DNA of 64,000 bases from Bacteroidales bacterium (GTDB lineage: Bacteria; Bacteroidota; Bacteroidia; Bacteroidales; WCHB1-69): positions 32,877-96,876 of the forward strand of contig JBGUYY010000068.1 in the NCBI GenBank assembly GCA_045222555.1, in the 5' to 3' direction. This document shows positions 45,368 through 53,921 of the stretch, piece by piece. The notes beneath the pieces were generated by a model that ran no database searches, was not told the DNA's origin, and was given only the letters and a program-made list of their open reading frames with translations. Made by a program: the position numbers and the translations under genes. Numbering within the stretch: the stretch's first letter is position 1; every line of letters starts with the position of its first letter.

Positions 45368-47137
45368 TTATTTCTTTTCCATACGGGTGATGAATCCGCT
45401 GGCCTGTTCAAAAAGTTGGCTCATCATCTCCGCCTTGTCGCCCGGCGCGAAACGGGCGTACTCGCAATCGTTGAGGGTAGCTGTAAACTGTGCGATATCC
45501 TCTTCGCTCATTCCTTTGTCAATGAGTTTGTTGCGTACGGCGTCGATGGAGAGGTCGGAGAGGGGGATGCGGAACTTGTGGCCCAGATAATCCCACAGGG
45601 CATGGGATATCTCCTCGAAGAAGGCGGCATCCTGTCCGGCGGTCATCAGCTTGCGGGCTTTTTTGAGACGGCGTGCCGCAATGCGGTTGGCATGGCGCAC
45701 CTTCTTTTTCGTCTTGTCGCCTTTCTTAGAATGGGAACGGATGAGTCGGATGATGACCAAGACGAGGATGAGTAGCAGTATCAGGCTGGGAATGAGGATG
45801 AAAAGCCACAGATATTTTGTGAAGAACGCTTTTACGGCGCTGCCAATGTCGGTGGGTTGCACCTCGCCCTCTTTTTTGTTGCGTTCCAGCGTTTCATTTT
45901 CGCCCTTGACTGCGATGGTGTATTTTTCGGTGGTGAGTTTTTTGTAGGATTTGGCTTCAGGGTCGAAATAGGTGATGGTAGTGGCGGGGATTTCGTAAGT
46001 GCCTTTTTTTCTGGGGATGAGGACATATTTGAGAATGCGTTTTCCTCCCACGCTGTTCCCGCTGGCGTTGATCTGGTCGTCCACGCTGGGGTCGGTGACA
46101 TCAAAGCCTTCGGGGAACTGGAAGTCGGGATTGTCGGCCAGCTGGAGGCTGCCTTTTCCGGAAATGGTGACGGTGAAGTCGATGGCGTCGTTGACGTTGA
46201 CCTCGGTGGGTGACAGTTCAGAGGTGAGGGAGAATTTTCCAACCAACCCGCCGAAAGAGGAAGTTTTGCCTTGTATGGGCAATGCTTTGACATTCAGTGT
46301 GATGGAATTGGACTGGATTTTTTTCTTGGTCACATTCCGCCAGAAACTTCCCGTAAGCATTTCCATTTCGATGCTGAGCGGCGTGATGGTGAGGGAGCCG
46401 CTTTTTTGCGGTGCGACGACGGTTTTGTAAATTTCGCGAACCTCATAACGCTTGCCATCAATGGTTTCAATGGTGGGTTTGGGCGTTTTGTTGGGGTCGT
46501 CTATGCGATACGACCACAGGTTGCTCTGTTGTGGCCATTTGATGTCGTTGGCCTGCCACTGGGCGACATTGTAGGTGTAGAGTTTGTAGGTGACGATAAC
46601 GGTTTCACCATAATAGGGGGAGGTGTTGGAGGCGAAGGCCTTGACAAATATGTCGTAATTCTGCTGCTGGCCAGAACGTTGTGGCTCGTTCCACGCGTCG
46701 TTGAAAAAGTCGTCGAAAATGCTGCGGCGGGTCTGTTGTTGCTGCCGTTGCTGGGTCTGCTGGTCTTCCTTGGTGACTTCGATGCTGACGGCGTTGCTCT
46801 TGATGTTTTTGCCATTCACGTTACAGGTTACGCCCGGAATGGTCTGCACGCCGGTTTTGGTGGGTTTGAGAACGTAGGTGAAAGTACAGGTGAAGGTGCT
46901 GGACTGCTGACCGTTGACGAAGCTGATAGACTGTGAGGTACTGCTGGAGGGACCGTTCACTTTCTGGAAGTTGCCGAAGTCGGCGGAGGCCACTTTACCG
47001 TTCTGATCGATGGTGACAGTGTATTGGAACTGCTGGTTGATGCCCACTTTGACGGGGGCTTTGGCCGTGCAGTTCTGGGCCACCAGCGGTGCTATGGTCC
47101 AGAGGAGTATGGTGATGAAGGTGAGGATTTTTTTCAT
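45368..47137 (-). CDS. batD: BatD-like aerotolerance protein
   Basis: Signal peptide and a large beta-rich ectodomain. A single C-terminal TM (LWLFILIPSLILLLILVLVIIRLI) is followed by a K/R-rich stretch and a helical cytoplasmic tail, which is the BatD layout. Lies directly downstream of the vWA/TPR gene. Confidence 0.7.
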   Translation of the reverse strand: MKKILTFITILLWTIAPLVAQNCTAKAPVKVGINQQFQYTVTIDQNGKVASADFGNFQKVNGPSSSTSQSISFVNGQQSSTFTCTFTYVLKPTKTGVQTIPGVTCNVNGKNIKSNAVSIEVTKEDQQTQQRQQQQTRRSIFDDFFNDAWNEPQRSGQQQNYDIFVKAFASNTSPYYGETVIVTYKLYTYNVAQWQANDIKWPQQSNLWSYRIDDPNKTPKPTIETIDGKRYEVREIYKTVVAPQKSGSLTITPLSIEMEMLTGSFWRNVTKKKIQSNSITLNVKALPIQGKTSSFGGLVGKFSLTSELSPTEVNVNDAIDFTVTISGKGSLQLADNPDFQFPEGFDVTDPSVDDQINASGNSVGGKRILKYVLIPRKKGTYEIPATTITYFDPEAKSYKKLTTEKYTIAVKGENETLERNKKEGEVQPTDIGSAVKAFFTKYLWLFILIPSLILLLILVLVIIRLIRSHSKKGDKTKKKVRHANRIAARRLKKARKLMTAGQDAAFFEEISHALWDYLGHKFRIPLSDLSIDAVRNKLIDKGMSEEDIAQFTATLNDCEYARFAPGDKAEMMSQLFEQASGFITRMEKK

Positions 47138-47161
47138 AAGGCATCGTTCTGCTTGTGGGTG

Positions 47162-49177
47162 CTACCAGTCCTTTTCCATGCTTTGTTTCGGGACGGGCAC
47201 CGTCATCTTTTCGCGTTCTTTCTGTATGTCTTTTTCGTTCTGTTTCAATGCGTTGAGTTGTCTTTCAAGAGCTTTTTGATCTTCGGTTTTCTTGGGTTGT
47301 GGCTGTGAGCCTTCTTTGTCCTGCTGGTCTTTCTTCTTCTGTTGGTCACCTTGGCCTTCGTCTTGCTGTTGGTCTTTCTTCTGTTCCTGATTTCCCGACT
47401 GGTTCATCTGCTGTTGTTCCTCTTTGCGTTGCTGTTGCTGGTCTTGACCGTTGCCACTACCTTGCTGGTTCTGTTGTTGCTGCTGGTCTTGTCCGGAACC
47501 GCCTTGCTGTTGGTTCTGTTGCTGGTCTTGTCCGGATTGCCCTTGTTGTTGTCCCTGACCTTGTCCTTGTCCGTTGTCGCTTTCGGGAAGCAACTTTTTA
47601 GTATATGTCAGGTTGTATTTGGCGTCCATATCGCCGGGATGGAGGCGCAGACAGTTCTTGAAGCATTCGATAGCTTTCTGGTACTCACTATAAGCCAGCT
47701 GTTTGAGTGAGTCGTTGGACTCATACTCCGCCAGTTTCATAAGGTATCGTCCGTTGGCGAGGTGGCTGTTGCCGGTGTTATAGTGGGTGTTGGCGGTGAA
47801 GGTTTTGCCGTTGTTGAATTGCAGGAGCGAGTCGGTAAGGCGTGGGATGGAGTCGTAGTTGCCGATGCGGTAGTTGGCGGCGATTTGGTTGAAGAGCGCC
47901 TGGTGGGCGAATTTGGGCAGGGAGTCGGGGAGGGCTTGGTAGATGCGGAGGGCTTGGTGGTAGAGGCTGTCGGCTTGTTCGGGCAGGTTGTAAGGTTGGT
48001 GGTCGGGGTTGAGGGAGTCGGCGGTGGCGAACATTGTGTTGGCGGCGCCGAGCAGGGGGTTGTTCTGTTCGATGGTGCGGGGGCGGCAGGAGGTCAATAG
48101 CGCGACGGTGGCGAGCAGGGGTAGGAGTGCGTGGGCTGTGCGGCGGCGACGGCGGGAAGGTTTTGCTGTGAGGAGGAATCCGTCGATGGCCAGTAGGAGT
48201 AGCCCGGCGGCCAGCGGATACTGGAACTGCGACTCGTAGGTGATGAGCTTTACTTTACCGAAGTCACTCTTTGCCATCTGGTCGATGGTTTCAAAGATGG
48301 CATCGAAGCTGGAGTGTACATTTTCTGCATGGATATATTCACCCCCTCCTTCTTGCGCTATATCTTTGAGTATCTTTTCGTTGAGCTTGGTCACCACAGG
48401 ACGTCCCTCTCTGTCGCGCTTGACATCCTTGCCGTTTGGGATGGTGGCGCCGTTGGGTGTTCCGATGCCAATGGTAAAGACGAGGAGGCCGTGTTCGTGC
48501 AGTTTGCGGGTGGCCACGAGGGCATCTTCAGCATGGTCTTCGCCGTCGCTGATGAGGATGATGGCCTTCTGTACGCGGGCAGTGGTGTCGCCCGACGGCT
48601 GCATTTCGTCGTCTTCCAAGGATACGCCGAGTGCGGCTGCTGAGCGGTAAAGTGCATCTGCAAGGTTGGTTCCTTGCATGTCTATCTTGTTGGTGTTGAG
48701 AAGGTTGATGGAGTTTTTGGCGGATTCGTAGTCGGTGGTGGCGGGCAGGGCCACTTCAGCGGTGCCGGCGAAGACTACTGCGCCTACGCGATTGCCGTTC
48801 ATCTGGTTGATACAGTGGTTGATGGCCATCTTACAGGCCTCCAGACGGGTGGGCTTTACATCTTGTGCGTCCATGCTCTTCGACACGTCAAGGCAGAAGA
48901 GCACGTCCACGCCGCTGCGGGTGGCGGAAACTTCCTTGCCAGGGGTGCGCGGGTTGGCGGCTGCGAGGATGAAAAAGGCCAATGCCATCATGCAGAGGCC
49001 GAACTTGATGTGGGGCATTGCCTTGCGGCGTTGGCGTTCAAGCCGCGAAAGTAACGGCGCGTCAATGTGTTTCAGCAGCCTTCTTCGGTCGATGAAAAAC
49101 AGCGTCACATACCCTGCCACCATTGCAATGATGATGAACAGGAGATATAGAACTTTCTGATTTTCAAATTGTAACAT
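47162..49177 (-). CDS. Fused BatB-like von Willebrand factor A protein and BatC-like TPR protein with a Gln-rich tail
   Basis: Two N-terminal TM segments, a vWA MIDAS motif (LDVSKSMD) and a TM. An embedded RRRRRTAHALLPLLATVALLTSC lipoprotein-signal-like segment follows at 48085..48156. After it come TPR repeats and a Q/G/D/K low-complexity C-terminus. Confidence 0.75.
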   Translation of the reverse strand: MLQFENQKVLYLLFIIIAMVAGYVTLFFIDRRRLLKHIDAPLLSRLERQRRKAMPHIKFGLCMMALAFFILAAANPRTPGKEVSATRSGVDVLFCLDVSKSMDAQDVKPTRLEACKMAINHCINQMNGNRVGAVVFAGTAEVALPATTDYESAKNSINLLNTNKIDMQGTNLADALYRSAAALGVSLEDDEMQPSGDTTARVQKAIILISDGEDHAEDALVATRKLHEHGLLVFTIGIGTPNGATIPNGKDVKRDREGRPVVTKLNEKILKDIAQEGGGEYIHAENVHSSFDAIFETIDQMAKSDFGKVKLITYESQFQYPLAAGLLLLAIDGFLLTAKPSRRRRRTAHALLPLLATVALLTSCRPRTIEQNNPLLGAANTMFATADSLNPDHQPYNLPEQADSLYHQALRIYQALPDSLPKFAHQALFNQIAANYRIGNYDSIPRLTDSLLQFNNGKTFTANTHYNTGNSHLANGRYLMKLAEYESNDSLKQLAYSEYQKAIECFKNCLRLHPGDMDAKYNLTYTKKLLPESDNGQGQGQGQQQGQSGQDQQQNQQQGGSGQDQQQQQNQQGSGNGQDQQQQRKEEQQQMNQSGNQEQKKDQQQDEGQGDQQKKKDQQDKEGSQPQPKKTEDQKALERQLNALKQNEKDIQKEREKMTVPVPKQSMEKDW
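47438..47557 (-). repeat. Three imperfect 36-45-bp tandem units encoding the Gln/Gly-rich tail of the BatB/C fusion
   Basis: Plus-strand units begin with CTGGTCTTG(A/T)CCG at 47438, 47483 and 47522. They encode QQ(N)QQ..GSG.DQ-type repeats. Confidence 0.6.
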
Positions 49178-49204
49178 AAAATTACCCCAATTTTTTCAAG
49201 AATG

Positions 49205-49212
49205 CAAAATTA
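49205..49212 (-). promoter_or_regulatory. -7 box TAATTTTG
   Basis: Lies 27 nt upstream of the BatB/C start at 49177. Confidence 0.5.
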
Positions 49213-49273
49213 CGTGTTTTTCCTGAATTATCTCTTCTTTCTTTAAAAATTCTATTATCTGCAAAATTTGCCG

Positions 49274-49281
49274 TATTTTTG
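49274..49281 (+). promoter_or_regulatory. -7 box TATTTTTG
   Basis: Ends 8 nt before the AbiEi-like ATG at 49290, so the transcript would be leaderless or nearly so. Confidence 0.5.
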
Positions 49282-49289
49282 CACCCACT

Positions 49290-49910
49290 ATGACTTTCCA
49301 ACAATTCCATGAGCAGTTCTCGCACTTCGGTTGTGTTTCAGCCGAGCTTTTGCGCGATTCGCATTGTTCTTTCGATAAGAACAGCTTGACGCGATGGTGC
49401 CAGAATGGTTATTTGGTGAAAGTGAGAAATGGACTCTATCTTTTTCCTGAGTTTTTAGAAAATAATGATTTTCAATATTTTATAGCTAACTCCATCTATC
49501 CTGATTCCTATGTCAGTCTGCACTCGGCGCTCATATACCATGGTTATTTGTCCAATCCACTTTCTACGCAATTGAGCAGTGTTTCCCTTCACAAAACCAA
49601 GGAGTTCCGTAATGTTTTGGGCAGTTTTGACTACCGCAAGGTGAAGCCAGAGTTGTGTTTCGGTTATGAAAAAATAGGGGAGGGACCCTTCCCATTTTTG
49701 ATGTCTACCCCAGAAAAGGCTTTGCTCGACTTGTTTTACCTTTTCCCTATGTATTACGATACAGAACAGAAACTGCGGAATTTTGCCATTGATGAGCGTA
49801 TGATTTACGAAAACTGGAATAGTGAAAGGATGTATGATTATTTGCAAATGTTTGAAAATCAGGCTTTAGATGGTAGAATATCCATGTTTGCAAGGATGTT
49901 TGGCCTGTAA
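49290..49910 (+). CDS. AbiEi-family antitoxin-like / wHTH regulator, orphan
   Basis: 206 aa. The pattern LTRWCQNGYLVKVRNGLYLF...YVSLHSALIYHGYL...STPEKALLDLFY matches the AbiEi N- and C-terminal domains. No AbiEii nucleotidyltransferase follows. A -7 box at 49274..49281 ends 8 nt before the ATG. Confidence 0.6.
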   Translation: MTFQQFHEQFSHFGCVSAELLRDSHCSFDKNSLTRWCQNGYLVKVRNGLYLFPEFLENNDFQYFIANSIYPDSYVSLHSALIYHGYLSNPLSTQLSSVSLHKTKEFRNVLGSFDYRKVKPELCFGYEKIGEGPFPFLMSTPEKALLDLFYLFPMYYDTEQKLRNFAIDERMIYENWNSERMYDYLQMFENQALDGRISMFARMFGL

Positions 49911-49982
49911 GCTTTTTGCTTTGCATTTTTTTTCAAATCTTTTTTCCTGCAAAATGTTGTAACTTTTTACGAAAAAAAGCGT

Positions 49983-49990
49983 ATTTTTGC
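49983..49990 (+). promoter_or_regulatory. -7 box TATTTTTG
   Basis: Lies 69 nt upstream of the corA ATG at 50060. Confidence 0.45.
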
Positions 49991-50059
49991 CGCGTAATTG
50001 TTAATGTAAGTACGAATGTAGGATTTAGTAATTGTCCGTAAAAGGAAAGGAGGTTTAAA

Positions 50060-50974
50060 ATGGTGGATACCATCAGTTTCGGTATGCTGAAATGGCATCA
50101 TATCACGAATCCCACAGTGGAAGATATGGATTTTTTGAAGAACAACTTCCAATTCCATCCTTTGGACATAGAAGACTGCTACAGTTTCGTACAGCGTCCC
50201 AAGATAGACGTTTACGACGATTATTATTTCCTCGTGCTTCATTTTCCCATCCTGGATGCTCGTACCAATTTGGTGAGAACCGAGGAGACCAAGATTTTCT
50301 GGGGTCATGATTTTATTATCACGGTGGGCAACTCCCATTATGTGGTGCAGGATTTGTTCAATCTTACCAAGATGGACCCCGAGGAGATGGAGGAGGATGA
50401 GCAGATCGGTGGTACCAGCGACGGTATTTTGTACAAAGTGCTCTACCGTATGATGAAAGAAACCTTCTTGTTGGTGGAGAAATTGGGTACCGAGCTGGAG
50501 GCCATTAACCGTGACCTTTTCAGCAAGAATTCAGAAAAGACCATTGAACGGATGTCCATTTTCCGCAAGAATATCATCCAGCTGAACACCATGTTTAAGC
50601 CACAACTGCGTCTGTTCCACCTGTTTGAGTCGGGCGATGTGAAAGGCTATGTGGAGGATATGGAGGACTACTGGGGTAATATCCTCGACTTTTACCAGAA
50701 GATGTGGGATATGGTGGACGACTATGGCGAGTTGGTGGCCGGCCTGTCCAGCACGTTTGATTCGTTGCAGACCAACCGTACCAACGAGATCATGCGCGTG
50801 CTGACCATTATCTCTACAATTGTGCTGCCGTTGACCTTCTTCACGGGTCTGTACGGCATGAACGTAGGACTGCCCTTTGCCGACAAGTCGTGGGCATTCT
50901 GGGGTGTGCTGATTGTGTGTGTGGTGACGGTGGTGGTGCTGCTGTTTTTCTTCAAGCGCAAGCGCTGGATGTAA
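50060..50974 (+). CDS. corA: CorA family magnesium/cobalt transporter
   Basis: 304 aa. Cytoplasmic N-domain and two C-terminal TM segments with the signature YGMNV. Confidence 0.9.
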   Translation: MVDTISFGMLKWHHITNPTVEDMDFLKNNFQFHPLDIEDCYSFVQRPKIDVYDDYYFLVLHFPILDARTNLVRTEETKIFWGHDFIITVGNSHYVVQDLFNLTKMDPEEMEEDEQIGGTSDGILYKVLYRMMKETFLLVEKLGTELEAINRDLFSKNSEKTIERMSIFRKNIIQLNTMFKPQLRLFHLFESGDVKGYVEDMEDYWGNILDFYQKMWDMVDDYGELVAGLSSTFDSLQTNRTNEIMRVLTIISTIVLPLTFFTGLYGMNVGLPFADKSWAFWGVLIVCVVTVVVLLFFFKRKRWM

Positions 50975-50983
50975 GCTCTTGGT

Positions 50984-53236
50984 TTACAGCAGGTCGAATC
51001 CTACGCGCTGAATTTTTTCCAGATTGTCGATTTTGTGTAATTGCTCGATGAGTTCGTTGAGCGACTTGGCGTTTTCGATGTAAAGCATCAGTTCACCGGT
51101 GAACACGCCGTTTTTGGAGGCGATGTTGAGCGAGCGGATGTTGAGGTTGTGCTGTACGGAGATGATGTCAATGATTTCCTTGATCATGCCTTTGCGGTCG
51201 AAGCCTTCCATGCGTACGCCCGACAAGAAGGTGATTTCCTGATCCTTGCGCCATTTGGCCTTGATGATACGGTTGCCGAATTTCGACATCTGCTCGATGG
51301 CTTCCGGGCAGTTGGTGCGGTGTACGATGATCTCGTCGCTCGAAATCTGGAAGCCTACCACCTGGTCGCCGGGGATGGGCTTGCAGCAGGGCGCGATGAT
51401 GTGCTTGATTTTTTCGGAAGAGGACTCGTCGAGCATGAAGATTTCCGGATTCTTCTCCAACTCTTCATCCAGAAGTTTGTCGAGTGACTTTTTGGAAAGC
51501 TCGTCGCTGATATTGCGCTGGAAACTCTCGAGGTTTTTGTTTTTGGCATCGGAGATGATCTGTTGGATTCTCTCTTTCGACATTTTGCCCGATGCGATAT
51601 ATTTGTAAAACTCGTATTCGGAGCGTATCTTGGTGGCTGCCCGCACTTTGCCCTTGTTGGCATCGTTGCACTCGAAGCCCAACTCTTGGAAATAATTGTT
51701 AAGGATGCGTTCGCCCTCTTCCTTATATTTCTTTTGTTCGAGGCGGATGGCCTCCTTGATGCACTCTTTGGCGCGGGTGGTTTTCACGAAGTCGAACCAC
51801 TCCACGGTGGGGTATTGGTTCTTGGAGGTGATGATTTCGAGCTGGTCGCCGTTTTTCAGCACATAGTTGCGGGGCACGATTTCGGCGTTGACCTTGCCGC
51901 CGAGGCACTTGTTGCCGAGGTTGCTATGGAGGTCGTAGGCGAAGTCAAGCACGGTAGAGCCGGCCGGCAGGGTGCGCATGTCGCCTTTCGGAGTAAAGAC
52001 GAAGACCTCTTTGAGACCGAGGTTGAGTTTGATTTCGTTGAGGAAGTCGAGGGCGGTGCTGTCGTCGCTTTTGAGGATTTCACGGATTTTGACGAGCCAC
52101 TCCTCCACGCGGTTGTCGTACTCCTGTGGGGTGCGGCCTCCCTCTTTGTATTTGTAGTGTGCGGCAATGCCTCGCTCGGCGATCTCATCCATACGGCGCG
52201 ACCGTATCTGCACCTCAATCCACTTGCCGCTCTTACTCATCACGGTGGTGTGAAGGGCTTGGTAGCCGTTGGGTTTGGGGTTGGTGAGGAAGTCGCGGAT
52301 GCGGTCAGGTTTGTTGTGCGGGTATATCTTGCTCACAATTCGGAAAATGTCCCAGCACCGTTTGATCTCGTCTTGCGGCTCTGCCTCGAAGACAAAGCGC
52401 ACGGCAAAAACATCGTACACGCCCTCGAAGTCACATTTCTGCCGTTCCATCTTCTGGAAGATGGAGCAGATGGATTTGGTGCGTCCTGACACGGTGGCTT
52501 CGATGCCCTCTGCTTTGAGTTGCTCCTCAATGGGGGTGATGAAGTCTTTGATCAAGCTTTCACGGTTTTTCTCCGTGTCTTTCAGCTTGTTGTAGATCAT
52601 GCGGTAGTTGTTGGGATCGGTGTACTGCATGGCGTAGTCTTCCAGTTCGCTCTTGATCTTGTACAAACCGAGTCGGTGGGCGATGGGTACGTAGAAATAG
52701 GTGGTTTCCGATGAGATTTTCCACTGTTTTTCGGGTGGCATCGAGCCGAGGGTGCGCATATTGTGCAGACGGTCGGCCAGCTTGATGAGGATGACGCGCA
52801 CGTCTTCCGACATGGAGAGGCATATTTTCTTGAAGGTCTCGGCCTGTATCGACTCGTTCTGGCTGAAGGGCAGGTTTTCGATCTTGGTGAGTCCGTCGAT
52901 GATGCGGGCCACCTTGTCGCCGAACATCTCGTTGATGTCCTCGAGGGTGTAGTCGGTGTCTTCCACCACATCGTGCAGCAGGGCGCACACCACGGAGGTG
53001 GTGCCGAGGTTGATGTCCTTCACCACGATCTTGGCCACGGCGAGCGGATGATAGATGTAGGGTTCACCGCTTTTGCGACGCATGTCCTTGTGGGCTTTGG
53101 CAGCTAATGCCATGGCTTTGTGGATGCTGTTGCGTTGCTCAAGGGTGGTCTTGTCCCAGATCAGGCTCAGCAGTTCGCGGTATTTGCTGAGGATGGTTTT
53201 GCGTTCGAGTTCGGCATCGGGAATGTAGGTCTCCAT
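50984..53236 (-). CDS. Bifunctional (p)ppGpp synthetase/hydrolase, RelA/SpoT family
   Basis: 750 aa. HD hydrolase motif HDVVEDT, a synthetase region (YQALHTTV), and TGS and C-terminal ACT-like domains. Confidence 0.93.
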   Translation of the reverse strand: METYIPDAELERKTILSKYRELLSLIWDKTTLEQRNSIHKAMALAAKAHKDMRRKSGEPYIYHPLAVAKIVVKDINLGTTSVVCALLHDVVEDTDYTLEDINEMFGDKVARIIDGLTKIENLPFSQNESIQAETFKKICLSMSEDVRVILIKLADRLHNMRTLGSMPPEKQWKISSETTYFYVPIAHRLGLYKIKSELEDYAMQYTDPNNYRMIYNKLKDTEKNRESLIKDFITPIEEQLKAEGIEATVSGRTKSICSIFQKMERQKCDFEGVYDVFAVRFVFEAEPQDEIKRCWDIFRIVSKIYPHNKPDRIRDFLTNPKPNGYQALHTTVMSKSGKWIEVQIRSRRMDEIAERGIAAHYKYKEGGRTPQEYDNRVEEWLVKIREILKSDDSTALDFLNEIKLNLGLKEVFVFTPKGDMRTLPAGSTVLDFAYDLHSNLGNKCLGGKVNAEIVPRNYVLKNGDQLEIITSKNQYPTVEWFDFVKTTRAKECIKEAIRLEQKKYKEEGERILNNYFQELGFECNDANKGKVRAATKIRSEYEFYKYIASGKMSKERIQQIISDAKNKNLESFQRNISDELSKKSLDKLLDEELEKNPEIFMLDESSSEKIKHIIAPCCKPIPGDQVVGFQISSDEIIVHRTNCPEAIEQMSKFGNRIIKAKWRKDQEITFLSGVRMEGFDRKGMIKEIIDIISVQHNLNIRSLNIASKNGVFTGELMLYIENAKSLNELIEQLHKIDNLEKIQRVGFDLL

Positions 53237-53267
53237 GGTTGTTGAGGGGTTGGGTTATGGGATGATG

Positions 53268-53921
53268 TTATTTTTCTTTTTTCTTAAGGGAAGAGAGGTG
53301 TTCGGTGCACACGGTTGTCAGTCCGCACTCGGCGCATTTCGGGTTGCGGGCGGTGCAGACATAGCGGCCGTGCAGGATGAGCCAGTGGTGGGCGATGGGG
53401 ATGGTGTCGGGTGGGAAGTGGGCGGTGAGCTGTTTCTCAACCTCCAGCGGGGTGTTGGCGTTGCGGACGATGCCGAGGCGGTGGGCCACGCGGAACACAT
53501 GGGTGTCGACGGCCATGGCGGGCTGGTCATAGATGATGGCGAGGATGACGTTGGCGGTCTTGCGCCCCACACCCGGCAGGCGCGTCAGTTCCTCCATGGT
53601 GCCCGGCACCTGCCCGTTGAAGTCCGACACCAACATCTGGGACAGACCGCTCAGGTGCTTGGCCTTATTGTTAGGGTACGACACCGATTTGATGAGTTCG
53701 TAGATGTCGGCCACTTCGGCTTTCGCCATCGCCGCCGCTGTCGGGTATTTTGCAAACAGCTGTTTCGTGACGATGTTCACCCGCTTGTCGGTGCACTGGG
53801 CCGACAGCACCACGGCCACCAGCAGTTCGAAGCTGTTGCGGAACTCCAGCTCCGATGCCGCATTCGGGTTGTGCTCGGCGAAGTACTGGATCAGGAAGTC
53901 GTATTTTTGTTGGAGGGTCAT
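53268..53921 (-). CDS. nth: Endonuclease III
   Basis: Start set at MTLQQKYDF (53921). HhH-GPD motif LPGVGRKTANV and the Fe-S cluster loop CTARNPKCAECGLTTVC. The 42 upstream codons of the ORF track lie inside the upstream gene. Confidence 0.9.
   Translation of the reverse strand: MTLQQKYDFLIQYFAEHNPNAASELEFRNSFELLVAVVLSAQCTDKRVNIVTKQLFAKYPTAAAMAKAEVADIYELIKSVSYPNNKAKHLSGLSQMLVSDFNGQVPGTMEELTRLPGVGRKTANVILAIIYDQPAMAVDTHVFRVAHRLGIVRNANTPLEVEKQLTAHFPPDTIPIAHHWLILHGRYVCTARNPKCAECGLTTVCTEHLSSLKKKEK

Noticed and set aside
49991-50059. Possible Mg-sensing leader (M-box) or Shine-Dalgarno element (AAGGAAAGGAGG) upstream of corA
   Set aside because: The leader is only ~70 nt, far shorter than an M-box riboswitch, and I see none of its conserved helices. 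The purine-rich stretch alone is not enough evidence.
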